Assembly: GCA_002269645.1 (NCBI GenBank)
Contig: NIVC01003424.1
Location: 1 to 64,000 of the forward strand
DNA length: 64,000 nt
Direction of reading: 5' to 3'
Source of the DNA: Macrostomum lignano
Taxonomy: Eukaryota
Below are positions 33,575 to 45,017 of this stretch, in pieces (position 1 is the first letter of the stretch; every line of letters begins with the position of its first letter). The notes beneath the pieces are model-generated. The model was given only the letters and a program-made list of their open reading frames with translations, was not told where the DNA came from and did no database searches. Made by a program: the position numbers and the translations under genes.

Positions 33575-36500
33575 ATGGGAATATGTGACGAGTACAATAG
33601 ACAACAGGTGAATGAAAGTCGCAAAGAGCATCTAATCATAATTTATCCAACCTGCTGCATTTGCAGGCGGAGGCAGTTAGTGAAGCAGTGGAAGGAGCAG
33701 CTGCAGTAGCCAGTGCGGCCATCGGCGGTGCAGGCGCTGAGGCGGAGTCCGATGCTGGTGCCGTCAGTCTGACTTTTTGTCGGGAATCCAATCTGATGGA
33801 ACCAGAAGCCGAGCAGGATTTTTTATTGTGCAGCGCTCCCTTTCGATCTGTGCAAAGTCACACGCAGAAGGCATTCTGTAACATCAATCAAATGCGTTTA
33901 GAAGGTCAACTGCTGTGCGATGTTGTGCTGGAGGCAGGCACAGAAGAAATTCCTGCACATAGGTAAGCAAGTGTACACTACAATTTTTTCTTTCAATGTC
34001 AGGTCGTCTTTTAGTCTCGCACATCCTATAAAAATTTGATAAGCATAGTCAAACGTTGCCGGATCGATTGCGCTGCAAGTATGCAGGTTGTACATTTATA
34101 TAACCCCAATTGCTTCCGCAGGGTGATACTGGCCTCTTGCTCGCCATACTTTCGCGCCATGTTTACCAGTGAGCTCAGTGAATCACGCCAGGCTCGGGTG
34201 CGCATGCACCAAATCGATAGCCGAGTTTTATCCGCACTTGTTGACTTTATTTATACCACTGAGATACACGTTACCGAGGACAATGTCCAGGCGTTGCTCC
34301 CAGCAGCAAATTTGTTACAATTGGCTGAAGTTCGAGAAGCGTGTTGTGATTTTCTACAGGGCCAGCTACACCCATCCAACTGCCTAGGCATTCTGCGCTT
34401 TGCCGATATGCACTCTTGCACCGAGCTGTACAATGCGGCTAGACAATATGCTGAGGAGTACTTTAGCAAGGTTATGCAACATGTGGAAGAGTTCCTTCAG
34501 CTTTCGTATGACCAGGTGCGACAGCTGGTCTGTTCTGACCGGCTCACGTGTTCTGCCGAGGTTTGTATAGGCAAGATTCATCTGTATCATTTCGAACTTG
34601 AACGTACTGCGGAAAATGTCAGTTTTCCGAATGCGAGCGTTCAGTGTCTTAAAAATGCTGTTAGGCTGTTGTTTAAAAAGGATTGGAAATAGCCAATTGC
34701 GGGTACATCATTTTTTCTAATATGATTTGAAGGTAGTTGGAAATTAGCTCAAATATTTCCTTGTAATACTAACTAAGCTGATCGCTCCACACTTGCTCAT
34801 TGACTTTCTTTCTTCTCTGGTAGCCTATCTTTTTTGCTTAACGTATTTTTCAATTTGGTCCAAAAACGTAAAACGTTACAGAAATTTCAGACAGCTTTAT
34901 ATTTTTGATAGAAGTACGGCTCGTACATTGTAACACGATTTAAATGTGTAAAAGCGTGCATTAAACGCTAAAAGTGTGCATTAAACGCTAAAAGCGTGCT
35001 TAAATAGCTCGTGATCGCGTATTGGCTGGAGTCATTTAATGCACGATAAACATATATATATCGTGATTACAATACTACTCAATACTTGGTTTTTTTACCT
35101 TAATTTCTATGGCAATCGTGACTAAGACATTTAAGCACTAAAAACCAAGTACTGAATCCTATATTCAGAAATCAAACAAAATTGTATTCGACAACACTCA
35201 CCTAGTGTTTTAGTATCTGTGTTCAAAAGTGACTTCAATTTTGCTTTGACGATGGCGCCGCTAGTTTCCGTACTCGTCTGCACTGTGCCAGCTGTGACGT
35301 CGTAATAGAGCCTACAGCAGATTCTCAGCCTCCTGAAGCTGCAGGAAGTTTCATTCTGCATTGCCGCAGAAGAAGAGATTGCGAACGCAGTCCTTGGGCT
35401 TCAACGCTGCCCACCCGTGTCTGGTGCGAAACCTCGCGTAGTGAATTCCCAAACGCCACTCGGGTGAACATTCAGAAATCTATCGGTGACATCAGATTGC
35501 AGGCATTGCAATACAAACAAGCAGTTAAGGAACTCGGGTGTTGCAAGGCGTCTGCTGCAGCCTTTTTATGCGAGAGCCTCCCTGGACCTTTCGGACAGCT
35601 CAGTGGGTTTGCACCTGTTGGTTTTGTCACAAGCAGTCTTTTTAATAAAGAACTCGGTTCAAAGAACTCCATAGTTGCGAGACGAATTCTGATGCTTGGG
35701 TGAAATACCTTGGAGTTTAAAGGCTCGTGTGGCGAGCCGCCAGTTCTTACAGGAATTCAGTGTGCGCGTCTGCTGAATGGAGTGGACGTCTTGAAAATTA
35801 TGCTGATGACAGGAGCATTCTGTGTTGTGCCAGTAGTCCTCCGCTGCTTTAGAAAGGTGAAGAGATCTTGCTTTGGCATGGAGACAACTTTGAGAGCACG
35901 ATCAGGGCTTTTGAAGTTTACTCAGCAACATTGAAAAGTCGCCACCCTTTGCCCTAGTGAGCATGCAGTGTCTTTCGACCAGCGTATCACCTGGCCAACC
36001 ACTAATATAAAAAAATGCTCTAAAAACTATGAAAACCGGGCGGAAGCTTCAATCCATCCAATCTTCAGCCTCACCCAGCCCAACTCTGCGTCACGTGGCG
36101 CAAGTTGCGTCACTCAAAAGTCAATACTGAGCTAGAATTGACTGCATTCTCAAAGGTGGCGACTTTTTAATGTTGTTGAGTAAAGCTTATCTAGACCTCG
36201 GAATCCGATTCCCTCCTTAGGTTTATACAGTTGTAAGACTACGTTATAGTTTCTTTGTCTTCAAAGGACAATGGGCGAGCCGATGAAAGGGCTTGGTAGA
36301 TGTTTGAATCGGTGCATTATTGACTTCAGTCGCATGTGAAGCAACAGATTCCATGTTGGCTTTGTTTTTCTATTGCTGTTCGATTGCGTTAGTGCGTTCT
36401 CACCTACTGATTGCATTTAAAGCGAGACACTAAACGGCTGAAGTTCTGTAGTTAATTTGATCTAAAATAATTTGTTCCACGTTTTCATAATCGTAGCTCG

Positions 36501-37838
36501 TATGACATCATACTTCATCTGGTGAGTTGCTGTGAGTTGCTAATATAATGTCTTAATCATTTGTTGAGACATTGTATTACATTTTCACTTGTATGTCTGT
36601 ACTGGATCCTTTTTGGGTTACTTTTTTTTAAAAAAAATTTAAAATGTCGAACATTGAGAAGTTTTATTTTTAATCACTGCATCTCATTTTTATCAAACAC
36701 ACAGGTCGAAGTGATTGAAGCCGTGTTCAGGTGGATCAAGCACGACCTCTCAGGCAGGCAACACCACGCTGACTCGCTTCTATCCCATGTGCGGTTCGCT
36801 CATCTTCCACAGGAATACCTATTACACATAGTCGAGGAGGAAGCACTGCTCAAAGAAAGCCTGCGGTGCAAGGATTTTCTGATAGAGGCGCTGCGCTATC
36901 ACCTACTTAAGCCCGACCAGAAGGCTAAGTATCGTAGCGAACGAACCCGGCCGCGCAACCCTGTTGGCCTACCCAAGATCCTGATTGTAATAGGTGGCCA
37001 GGCACCGAAGGCAATTCGTACGGTAGAGTGCTTCAGCTTTAAGGAGGAGCGCTGGTATCCGGTCTCCGAGATGCCTTCCCGTCGTTGCCGCTGTGGCGTA
37101 GCGTTAGTTGGCGGTCTAGTCTATGCCGTCGGTGGCTTCAACGGTTCTCTGCGTGTGCGCACCTGTGAAGTTTATGATCCAGTCCGGGATGAATGGGCCA
37201 CTGTGGCTAACATGGAAGCTCGCCGGTCCACTCTCGGCGTAGCATCGCTTGATGGTCTTGTGTATGCCGTCGGCGGCTTTGATGGCTCAAGTGGCCTTAA
37301 CACGGCTGAAGTCTACAACCCAGCCGGTAATAAATGGAGCCTCATCGCTCCCATGTCCACACGGCGCAGCTCAGTCGGTGTAGGTATCCTTGCCGGCTGT
37401 CTCTACGCTGTCGGAGGCTACGATGGACAGAGTCGACAGTGTCTAGCCAGTGTAGAGCGCTATGATCCGGCTCAAGACGCCTGGCACCCAGTGGCTGACA
37501 TGACCTGCCGCCGCAGCGGCGCTGGCGTCGGCACCCTGGATGGCCAACTTTACGCAGTCGGCGGACACGACGGGCCACTTGTTAGGAACAGTGTTGAGCG
37601 GCTAAATCCATGCTCCGGCGCTTGGTCTGTTGTGGCTAATATGCATCTTTGTCGGCGTAATGCTGGTGTTGTCGCCTACAATGGTTTTTTATTTGTGGTT
37701 GGTGGTGATGACGGCTCCTCAAATCTGGGATCTGTGGAGCGGTACGATCCTCGAACGGACTCTTGGGTGCTTCTGCCCAATAGCATGATGACGGGCCGCA
37801 GTTATGCCGGTGTGGCAGTTATTGATAGTCCACTCTAA
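33575..37838 (+). CDS. KLHL2/3: Kelch-like BTB-BACK-Kelch protein of the KLHL2/KLHL3 (Drosophila kelch) family, ~633 aa
   Basis: Exons 33575-33607 (tentative; 59-nt GT-AG intron), 33667-33962, 34122-34560 and 36705-37838 keep frame. BTB LCDVVL...IPAHRVILASCSPYF; six kelch repeats GGQAPKAIR...SRRCR...GGFNGSLRVRT...GGYDGQSRQCL...GGHDGPLVR...GGDDGSSNL...GRSYAGVAVID. Confidence 0.92.
34927..35073. repeat. Short inverted-repeat element with an internal 24-bp tandem (kelch intron)
   Basis: ATTGTAACACGAT / ATCGTGATTACAAT arms. AAAAGYGTGCATTAAACGCT repeats inside. No TSD. Confidence 0.5.
35921..36180. mobile_element. MITE (260 bp) with ~30-bp TIRs and TA flanks (Tc1/mariner-like)
   Basis: CTCAGCAACATTGAAAAGTCGCCACC / GGTGGCGACTTTTTAATGTTGTTGAG, with TA on both sides. 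Confidence 0.7.
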
Positions 37839-38496
37839 CATTTGGTCTCGTTTTTTAATAAACACATATATGACCGAGAAGTCTGAGTTACTGTTATAGA
37901 CTTGTGTAAATAGGTTATTTCTGCATGGTAGTTTGATATTTGACTCATTTACATCATGATCTATCAGTTGGCGATATTTTTCTCTTATCGCTTAAAACTC
38001 CATTGTTAAGTCTTGTGTTTAGTATATTTCTGTGCCCAGGTTTCAAGTCGCAACTAATTCGTATTACTTGCTTTAAAATAGTTTAGGCCACTGTTAGCTA
38101 GCTCGTAAATACAGTGAATTACTAGCTGTAGCCGATTGATTCGGTTCACCAATAGTGTTTCTGTTGTGTTCGTTATGTTTTATACTTGAAGATAGGGGCG
38201 TCGGCGTATGTAATAAGTAGCAGTAGTCGACTGAAAAATACTAGTAGTATATAAATGCAAAAGATGAGCTCATTTTTGATGCAAAACAACGTTTTGTTTG
38301 TTTGGTTTTAATCTTTACATAGGGATATGTTAATGAATTGCTTCTAGAGATAGCTCGTAGCTTCACCTCGGGATATTCTCTATGGTTATATTCTCGTTTC
38401 AGTGTTTTAGCTCGTAATCTGCTTGCATAGTTTGTTGTTTTTCCAAAATTTTGTATCAAAACATTTCGCAGGTATGCCGTGTGGCTTGTATTTTTG

Positions 38497-38940
38497 TGCT
38501 AATATACTATACCTTTTTGCAATCAATTTCGTCGTTTTTGCGTTCGGTTTCGGCGCGAGCGCTAGTGTGCGGTCCAAACAACTGAGCCATAGACACTGGG
38601 CAACTTTTGCGTTCAAATTCGGCCTTTTTGCGTCCTATTTCGGCAGCGCAATCACATGGGCCGCACTGTGGGCACAGTTCGAATGTTTTTGCCATAGACA
38701 CTTTCTCACTCGATCGCATTCAGTGAGGGTGGGACGAAAAATTTGTCTCCTAAAGCAGGCCTATAGTCGTCTCCGCAAGTGCCGAAATAGTGCCGAAATA
38801 GAACGCAAAAAGGCCGAATTTGAACGCAAGAGTTGTCCAGTGTCTATGGCTCAGTTGTTTAGACTGCACACTAGCGCTCGTGCCGAAATTGAACGCAAAA
38901 ACGACGAGATTGATTGCAAAAAGGTATATAGTATAGCATA
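38497..38940. mobile_element. Foldback/MITE with ~145-bp TIRs
   Basis: 38503-38645 is the reverse complement of ~38795-38935 (this gives the mirror ORFs 38423 + and 38507 -). Confidence 0.85.
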
Positions 38941-39790
38941 GCTTTTGTCGCGCTATGTGAAACACTGGGCCTGCAAAACGGAATTCTATGGCCAAGCGTT
39001 TAAACAAGACATAGACAACTCTATTTGTCATGCTAGCTATATGGAGCGATAAGCCGGAATAGAAGGAACGGTTTGAATTTTTAAAGAAAGAATAAAAACT
39101 GACAATAATGATGCATATTTTTCACAAATTGATAGCATCAAAATGTACTTAGCTCTTAAACAGGTCAACTCTTAAACAGATGTCGCCGCAAACACTATTA
39201 AAGCAATCTGTTGCAGCGCAGCTCCCAACCAGTGCATTTGTCAGCAGTGATTGCTTGGCCAACGGTTTCTGCCGCCTCTCGCTCGAGTAACATGAATCCA
39301 CTGCTCAAGTGTCACTCCTTCAGGATTTGTGTTGAAATTCTGTTTCGGGAAAATTTGGGCCATCCATAAAAATTACCCAGTTTCCGTTAGGCCCCAGTTG
39401 ATGGCAGCGGTCTGCTAAGTGGCAGCTTCCAAACTGCCGGCTTGATTGAATGTTGACCGAATGCGCTGAACAGAAGAATCGGATACTTTTGACACCCTTC
39501 ATCGGCAGTCCACAGTGCAAGGTGGCGACGATACGCTGTGGATCACGTTCAGAAATTTGCGGACCCTATAGTTTAACTCGATTAACCGATAGAAAATGAA
39601 AACGTCTTGTTGTCTCTGTGAAAAACTCAAACCGGTCCTTCTATTCTGGCTCGTTCCATATAGCATGACAAATCGAGTTGTCTTATGGCTTGCTTTCTCG
39701 AGTTAGTTCAAATGCTTGGCCATAGAATTCTATAGGCCGTTCCGTTTTGCATGCCCACTGTTTCACATAGCACGACGAAGGCAATACTAT
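38930..39790. mobile_element. Second foldback element with ~150-bp TIRs abutting the previous one
   Basis: GCTATGTGAAACA(C/G)TGGGC...AGAAGGA(A/C)CGGTTTGA at 38950-39080 is inverted at ~39620-39775. Confidence 0.75.
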
Positions 39791-40629
39791 TATTGTGCAG
39801 AATTTTATCGGCACACTAGAAATTCTGACTGAAGAGTTGATAAAAATTTATCACATGCCCTTGCATCCAAACGTAATTGATTGTTAAGTCATGTTTAATC
39901 TGTTCGAATAGATTCGTATGGCAGTATGAAACTTTAATGTTTCTAATAAAGAAAATTAACAAATGATAAGTACGTGAACTCCTACATGCACCATATCGGT
40001 TTATTTAAACGATCTGTATTATTTATGCAAATAGACATATAGATAGGCACAAGACAAATTTATTAGTTTAATCGATGGTTGAGGTTTTAAAGCTAGTACT
40101 ATCTGCTGGGATCGGCGGTCCTACCGTTATTGCAGCAGGCTGTGGTGTGAGATGATTTGAGGTGCAAGTGGTGAGTGAGTGCAATTCTTTTACTCAATAA
40201 ATGCTAGGAAGATACTCGATCGATTACTTTAAACGTTTAGCTCTCGGTGAAAAAAATTGACTAGACTTGCAGGCGTGGCCTGTGCCTGGGGTGTATATCT
40301 ACGGACGTGCCTTTTCTCAGGCCACTCCGATCGGTTCGCCATTCTAGGCAGAAGTAGAATCGCGGGGTGCAGGCGGCGTCAACCCCTCCGTTGGACCAAG
40401 CCAATTATTAAATTACTTAATGCACTTTACTTTTTACTAATTATATACCGTGATCGCAAATTGTCAAAGAAGAATCCACCTTGATCATGTAGTTCTATTG
40501 TTAAAGCACACTCGGCAAAAGAATAATGATCGCATTGATATGCAGGGAAGACTTTTTCAGTGGGCTCTTGCGCTGGCGAGTCTACATGTATACGATACAC
40601 TAAATTCCCAATTCCCAAAAGTGAGAGTT

Positions 40630-40890
40630 AAAAATGGAAAATGGCAGCTCAGTCGGCTATTGCGCGGCGCATCTGAAGGCTGCGTACGGCTGTTCAGTCC
40701 AATGATTGGGGATCGCCACACATCCTCAATTACCCCAGCTAATGCTGGCACCCATTTTACAGCTGCGTAAGAGCAATGCAGAGTTGTGTCCTGCTCAAGG
40801 GCACAAATTGTTCCAGTGAGATCGGGAATCGAATATTGAACCCCCACCTCCCAGTCGAGGATCCGACACTGTATAACCACTAAGCTCCCT
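40630..40890 (-). mobile_element. tRNA-derived SINE
   Basis: Minus strand: A-box-like GAGCTTAGTGGTTA, B-box-like GGTTCAATATTCGATTCCC, then GTGCCCTTGAGCAGGACAC...CAGCTGTAAAATGGGT (a body typical of many animal SINEs) and a short CCATTT tail. Confidence 0.7.
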
Positions 40891-40899
40891 CTGGAAAAT

Positions 40900-41335
40900 A
40901 AACAAGATAGCACCACAAGATAATCTGCGAATCTTGTCAAATTCACTACCGATTTCCTTGTTTGGGGTGCGAAACTGGTGAAACCACCGGATTCGTCACC
41001 AGGTGATTTTTGTGTTATCTGGTTTAACTGTTATCTAAATTTCACCAGATAACATGGCCCGAATCTTGCTTAGAAATCATTACATGACAAGATTCGTCAC
41101 CAGATAACTTTTTGTTTTCTTGTTTGACTGTTATCTGGTGAGTTATCTGAATTTCACAGGATAACATGGCTTGAATCTTGTTTGAAAATTGGATAACAAT
41201 ACAAGATTTCAATCAAGATAACTGTGTTATCCGGGTCTGCAAGAAACCTGTGTGAATCTGAAATTCGCCAGAAAACATGATGCGAATTTGGTTTGCAAAC
41301 CAGATAATAGAACAAGTTTTCATCACGATAACTTT
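40900..41335. repeat. Quasi-palindromic segment dense in GATAAC/GTTATC and CAAGATTC/GAATCTTG motifs
   Basis: About 11 GATAAC/GTTATC sites in ~320 bp, in both orientations. Confidence 0.6.
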
Positions 41336-41814
41336 ATCAAATGGCTTAAGGCAGCTGCTATGCTGACCTGCGAGGGGTAAAGTGCCATATATCAGCAAAC
41401 GCTGTGCAGGTGATAGCTTTGTTGGCTCTCCGACAAACTAATGCATTCTTATTGGGCTAGAGGTTTGACTCCTAATGGCATGTAGTCTGTCGCGGTTATT
41501 TATAAATTATCTATAGATCACCCTATTGTCTGGTGCAGCTGGGTGTCTAGATGGAGCTGTGGCATGGTTCCAAAAGCTTCTACTGGCCCAGTGTCTAAGG
41601 TAGCCTTTTCTATTTTAAGACAGACGTTATTCTAGCTCTTGCTGGAGCATGCCCAATGGGTTGTCTAAAGCGTCTGCTGTGTTGGTGTATGGCCACCAGC
41701 GAGGGGTAATGGAACCCCGCTTCAACCGACGAATCAGAGTTGAGCAGTTGACTGAAAATTCTGACCTGCGAGGGGTATATCATCACGTCTGTTGTGGCTC
41801 AATGCAGCTGCTAA

Positions 41815-42010
41815 GAGTAGTCACTTTTATTTGACTACGCGGGTCAATCTTTGATCCGAGGAGTAATAAAGCCTCGTGATGGAGTAGTCACTTTTAATTG
41901 ACTACGCGGGTCAATCTTTGATCCGAGGAGTAATAAAGCCTTGTGATGGAGTAGTCACTTTTATTTGACTACGCGGGTCAATCTTTGATCCGAGGGGTAA
42001 TAAAGCCTCG
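41815..42010. repeat. 67-bp tandem repeat x3, each unit made of three consecutive hairpins
   Basis: Units at 41815, 41882 and 41949: GTAGTCA-loop-TGACTAC, GGGTCAA-TCT-TTGATCC and CGAGG-loop-CCTCG. Confidence 0.9.
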
Positions 42011-42686
42011 CAATTGCAAGGTCAATTGATCTGATTTTCGGGGGCACTATAGCGTCCGTAATGCGAGGCTGTGCCCATCCTCCGTACAGGTGACAATTAA
42101 AAATTGTTGCGCCCTGATTGTGTGCGAGAGGTTCGACTACCACTGGCATGTAGTCTGTCACAGCTGCTAGTGTGTCGACGGGCTGAATGATTCTTCGTCA
42201 TATTTGACGCTTAGTAGCTTAAATCAGCCAACCATATTGTTTGGCACAGCTGGGTGTCTAGACTGAGACTGTGGCATAGTTCCAAATAGCTCTAACTGGC
42301 CCAGTATTCAAAGCAGCTTTCCTATTAAGATAGATGCTAATCCTAATTATGTCGGTACATGCTCCACTGGTTTGTCTAAGGCGTTTGCAGTTGCACCAGC
42401 CGTAAGCAGATCAAGTCTAGAGTAGTCGATACAGACTACGAGAGTCGGTGATCATGTCGAGGGGTAATAAATCCTCGATCAAGTCTAGAGTAGTCGAATG
42501 TCCGCACTCGCAACCCGATGTTTCCAAATCTGGCTCACACGTCGACTGCCATCAGATTCTCGTCCGAGCCCAGCAAGTCAGACCTGCGACTGAGCAATCG
42601 GTCGCAGCAGATCGCCAATCCAGTAGCATCAATTAGTAACCACAGTATAAGTAGATCTACTTTTAACTGGACTACCGAAACTCAGA

Positions 42687-44165
42687 GGTTTACCCCCGAT
42701 TCGCCGATTCCTGGTTCGCCGAAATTCCCGAGTCGCCGATTCCCGATTTGCCAAAATTCCTGATTTGCTGAAATTCCTTATTTGCCGAAATTCCTCATTT
42801 GCCGAATCCCGACTTGCCGATTTCCTGATTCGCCGAATTTCCTCATTAGCCGAAATTCCTGATTCGCCGAAATTCTTATCCTGATTGGATGGAATTATAA
42901 AATGGAAATGGGTGGCGGGGATCGGGAGGGATACTGATAGGGTGGAGAGGAAGTCGGTCATCAGAGTATATAAAGACCATCCTGTGGCGCATCAGAGACG
43001 TGCTATTTTTTATTTTTCATTGAGTACTGACTGTACCAAGAAACTCTACTAAAGCATTTCTTATATCCAAACACAACAATATTTTCTATTTAAGAGTGAA
43101 TTAATCGTTTCGCAATGGCTCAGGCAGGCCCACCCGAAAGGGCGGAGTTTATAAGGAGCGAAAGAGGAGGCCAGCTTCCTATCGTGAAGGTTTACCTTTT
43201 TCGCCTAGACAGAAGAACGGAAATCACTTCATACTTTAAGTGCCAACAGACTGGCTGCAATTTCCGGGCCAAAGTTGAAAATGGCCTGGTGACATCAACG
43301 ACAAGCTTGCATGAGCATCCTCCGCCGTCGTCGGACGCTATTAAGCGCAAGAACTTCGCGGAAGAAATGAAGCAACAAGCCAGAGAATCCGCTCTTCCCA
43401 TCAAGCGGCTCTATCGTGAAAAGATTACAGCAAGTGCTGCAGAGGGAGCCGAATTGGGCACCCTGCCAACATTCGCGAGCGTTAAGACAGCTGCTTACAA
43501 CGCTCGACTCTCGGTGATCCCCTTTGCCTCCCACGGCTCAAGCCTACGAAGTTGAGGCAGAAGTTTTGAACAACTTCACGGTAGGACTCCCGCGCAATGA
43601 ATCCAGCAGGGAATCGAATTGTCGGCTTCTCAATGGACGCACTGATCGCTCGACTTGGCGAATGTGAACAAATTCAGATTGACGGTACCTTCAGTTGCTG
43701 CCTTCAAATTTTTTACCAGCTGTTTATCATTTATGGCAAAGTACTGAATGCATGGGAGCCACTTGTATTTTTCTTGCTCCCAGCAAAGGACCAGAAGACT
43801 TATGAGGCCTGCTGGGACCTAGTACAGGCAGACTCGAAGAGTCGTCGGTCAAGATTGCTAGGCAACTAAAATTATCTCGAATTTTGAAGTTGGCAGCATG
43901 AACGCTGTGATCAGCAAATGGCCATGTTTCCCTGCTCCTACGCTGCGAGGTTGTTTTTTTCACTTTTTCCAGCAAATCAGAAATTTCGGCAAATCGGGAA
44001 TTCTGGCGAACCAGGAATCGGCGAATCGGGATTCGGCAAATCAGGAAATTCGGCGAATCAGGAAATCGGCAAGTCGGGATTCGGCAAATGAGGAATTTCG
44101 GCAAATCGGGAATCGGCGATTCGGGAATTTCGGCGAACCAGGAATCGGCGAATCGGGGGTAAACC
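42687..44165 (+). mobile_element. Internally deleted MULE (Phantom-like) element with ~190-bp TIRs built of ~15-bp tandem repeats
   Basis: GGTTTACCCCCGATTCGCCGATTCCTGG... / ...CCAGGAATCGGCGAATCGGGGGTAAACC, enclosing a transposase remnant. No TSD recognised. Confidence 0.85.
43115..43980 (+). pseudogene. FLYWCH + MULE transposase, frameshifted and truncated by the right TIR
   Basis: FIRSERGG...YLF...YFKC...C...HEHPP; LPTFASVKTAAYNAR; IDGTFSCC..FYQLFII...PLVFFLLPAKDQKTY; NFEVGSMNA...RGCFFHFFQ. Confidence 0.85.
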
Positions 44166-44855
44166 GAGCATAGTACCAGCTCACATCGGAATATGCCTTC
44201 AGCCAATAGGAAGGAACGGGGGAAAGGGATGCTATAAGTGAAGATCGAGCGAGACAAAAATAAGTGGTTCAGATTAGCACTCTATTCTATTCTTTCCTGT
44301 CCTGTCTAGGCATCTTGTCTAGCTCTAGTAATGCAAGTAACTAGCTGTTTAAAAAAGTACCACAGAGAATTTTGGTCTAATTCAAGTGTATGGACTTGTC
44401 TATGGTCGAAAATTGGAGCTCGAGAATTTGGGATATTGGCAGGAAAATTTCAGGAAAACTGGGGTATGGACGTAATTTTCTATTACTAATTTTCTATTAA
44501 AGTGTCTGAATTTAAGTTCTGCTTGTTTCTTTTAAACAAGACTTTGTTCAAAATAGGAGGTAAAATGGTGTGTTGGCTTTAGCTTTAATAGCTACATTGG
44601 CTCTCTATATTAGATCGGTACTCTTTGGGCTAGAGTGTAACGTAATTTCTTTGATGTATATTTTTTTATTTAACGTGAGCAATCTCCAAAAACAACGGAA
44701 TTTGTCAGCAAACAGGTCAGTGCTCTAGTTGTAAAGCAGGCACCTTGAAAATAACCATTTCTTATTGATTTCGTACAAGTAAAATTAACAGCTACGATAA
44801 TTTTAAAGCACAACTCGAACTACGTGTACGTATGATAAAGTCGAGGATATTAATT

Positions 44856-45017
44856 CAAAGACTACTAACGTAGAAGCATGCAACACTCAAAATCTATGGA
44901 TCTTTGTGCTGAAAAATGAAAACTTCCTATCTCCGTAGTGTATTTTGAAAAAATGAAAACTTTTCCCATGAAACGTGAGTGTCGCGTCCTGTATATACGT
45001 TGCTGTAGTTGTCCTTG
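44856..45017. mobile_element. MITE-like element (copy B), homolog of 33037-33303 with the core inverted
   Basis: Same left and right arms as copy A. The core GTGCTGAAAAA...CTTCCTATCTCCGTAGTG is the reverse complement of the copy A core. Confidence 0.6.

Noticed and set aside
33661-33700. Kelch exon starting in frame after TTGCAG without ATG, suggesting a start codon donated by a spliced leader
   Set aside because: A simpler cis explanation exists: an in-frame upstream mini-exon 33575-33607 (AAAATGG context) and a 59-nt GT-AG intron with a CTAAT branch site.
35300-35900. Possible hAT transposase (TTF zinc finger) remnant, NSCKNWRLATRAFKLQGISPKHQNS, minus strand
   Set aside because: A single weak motif with no convincing downstream hAT motifs or ends. 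Needs a profile search.
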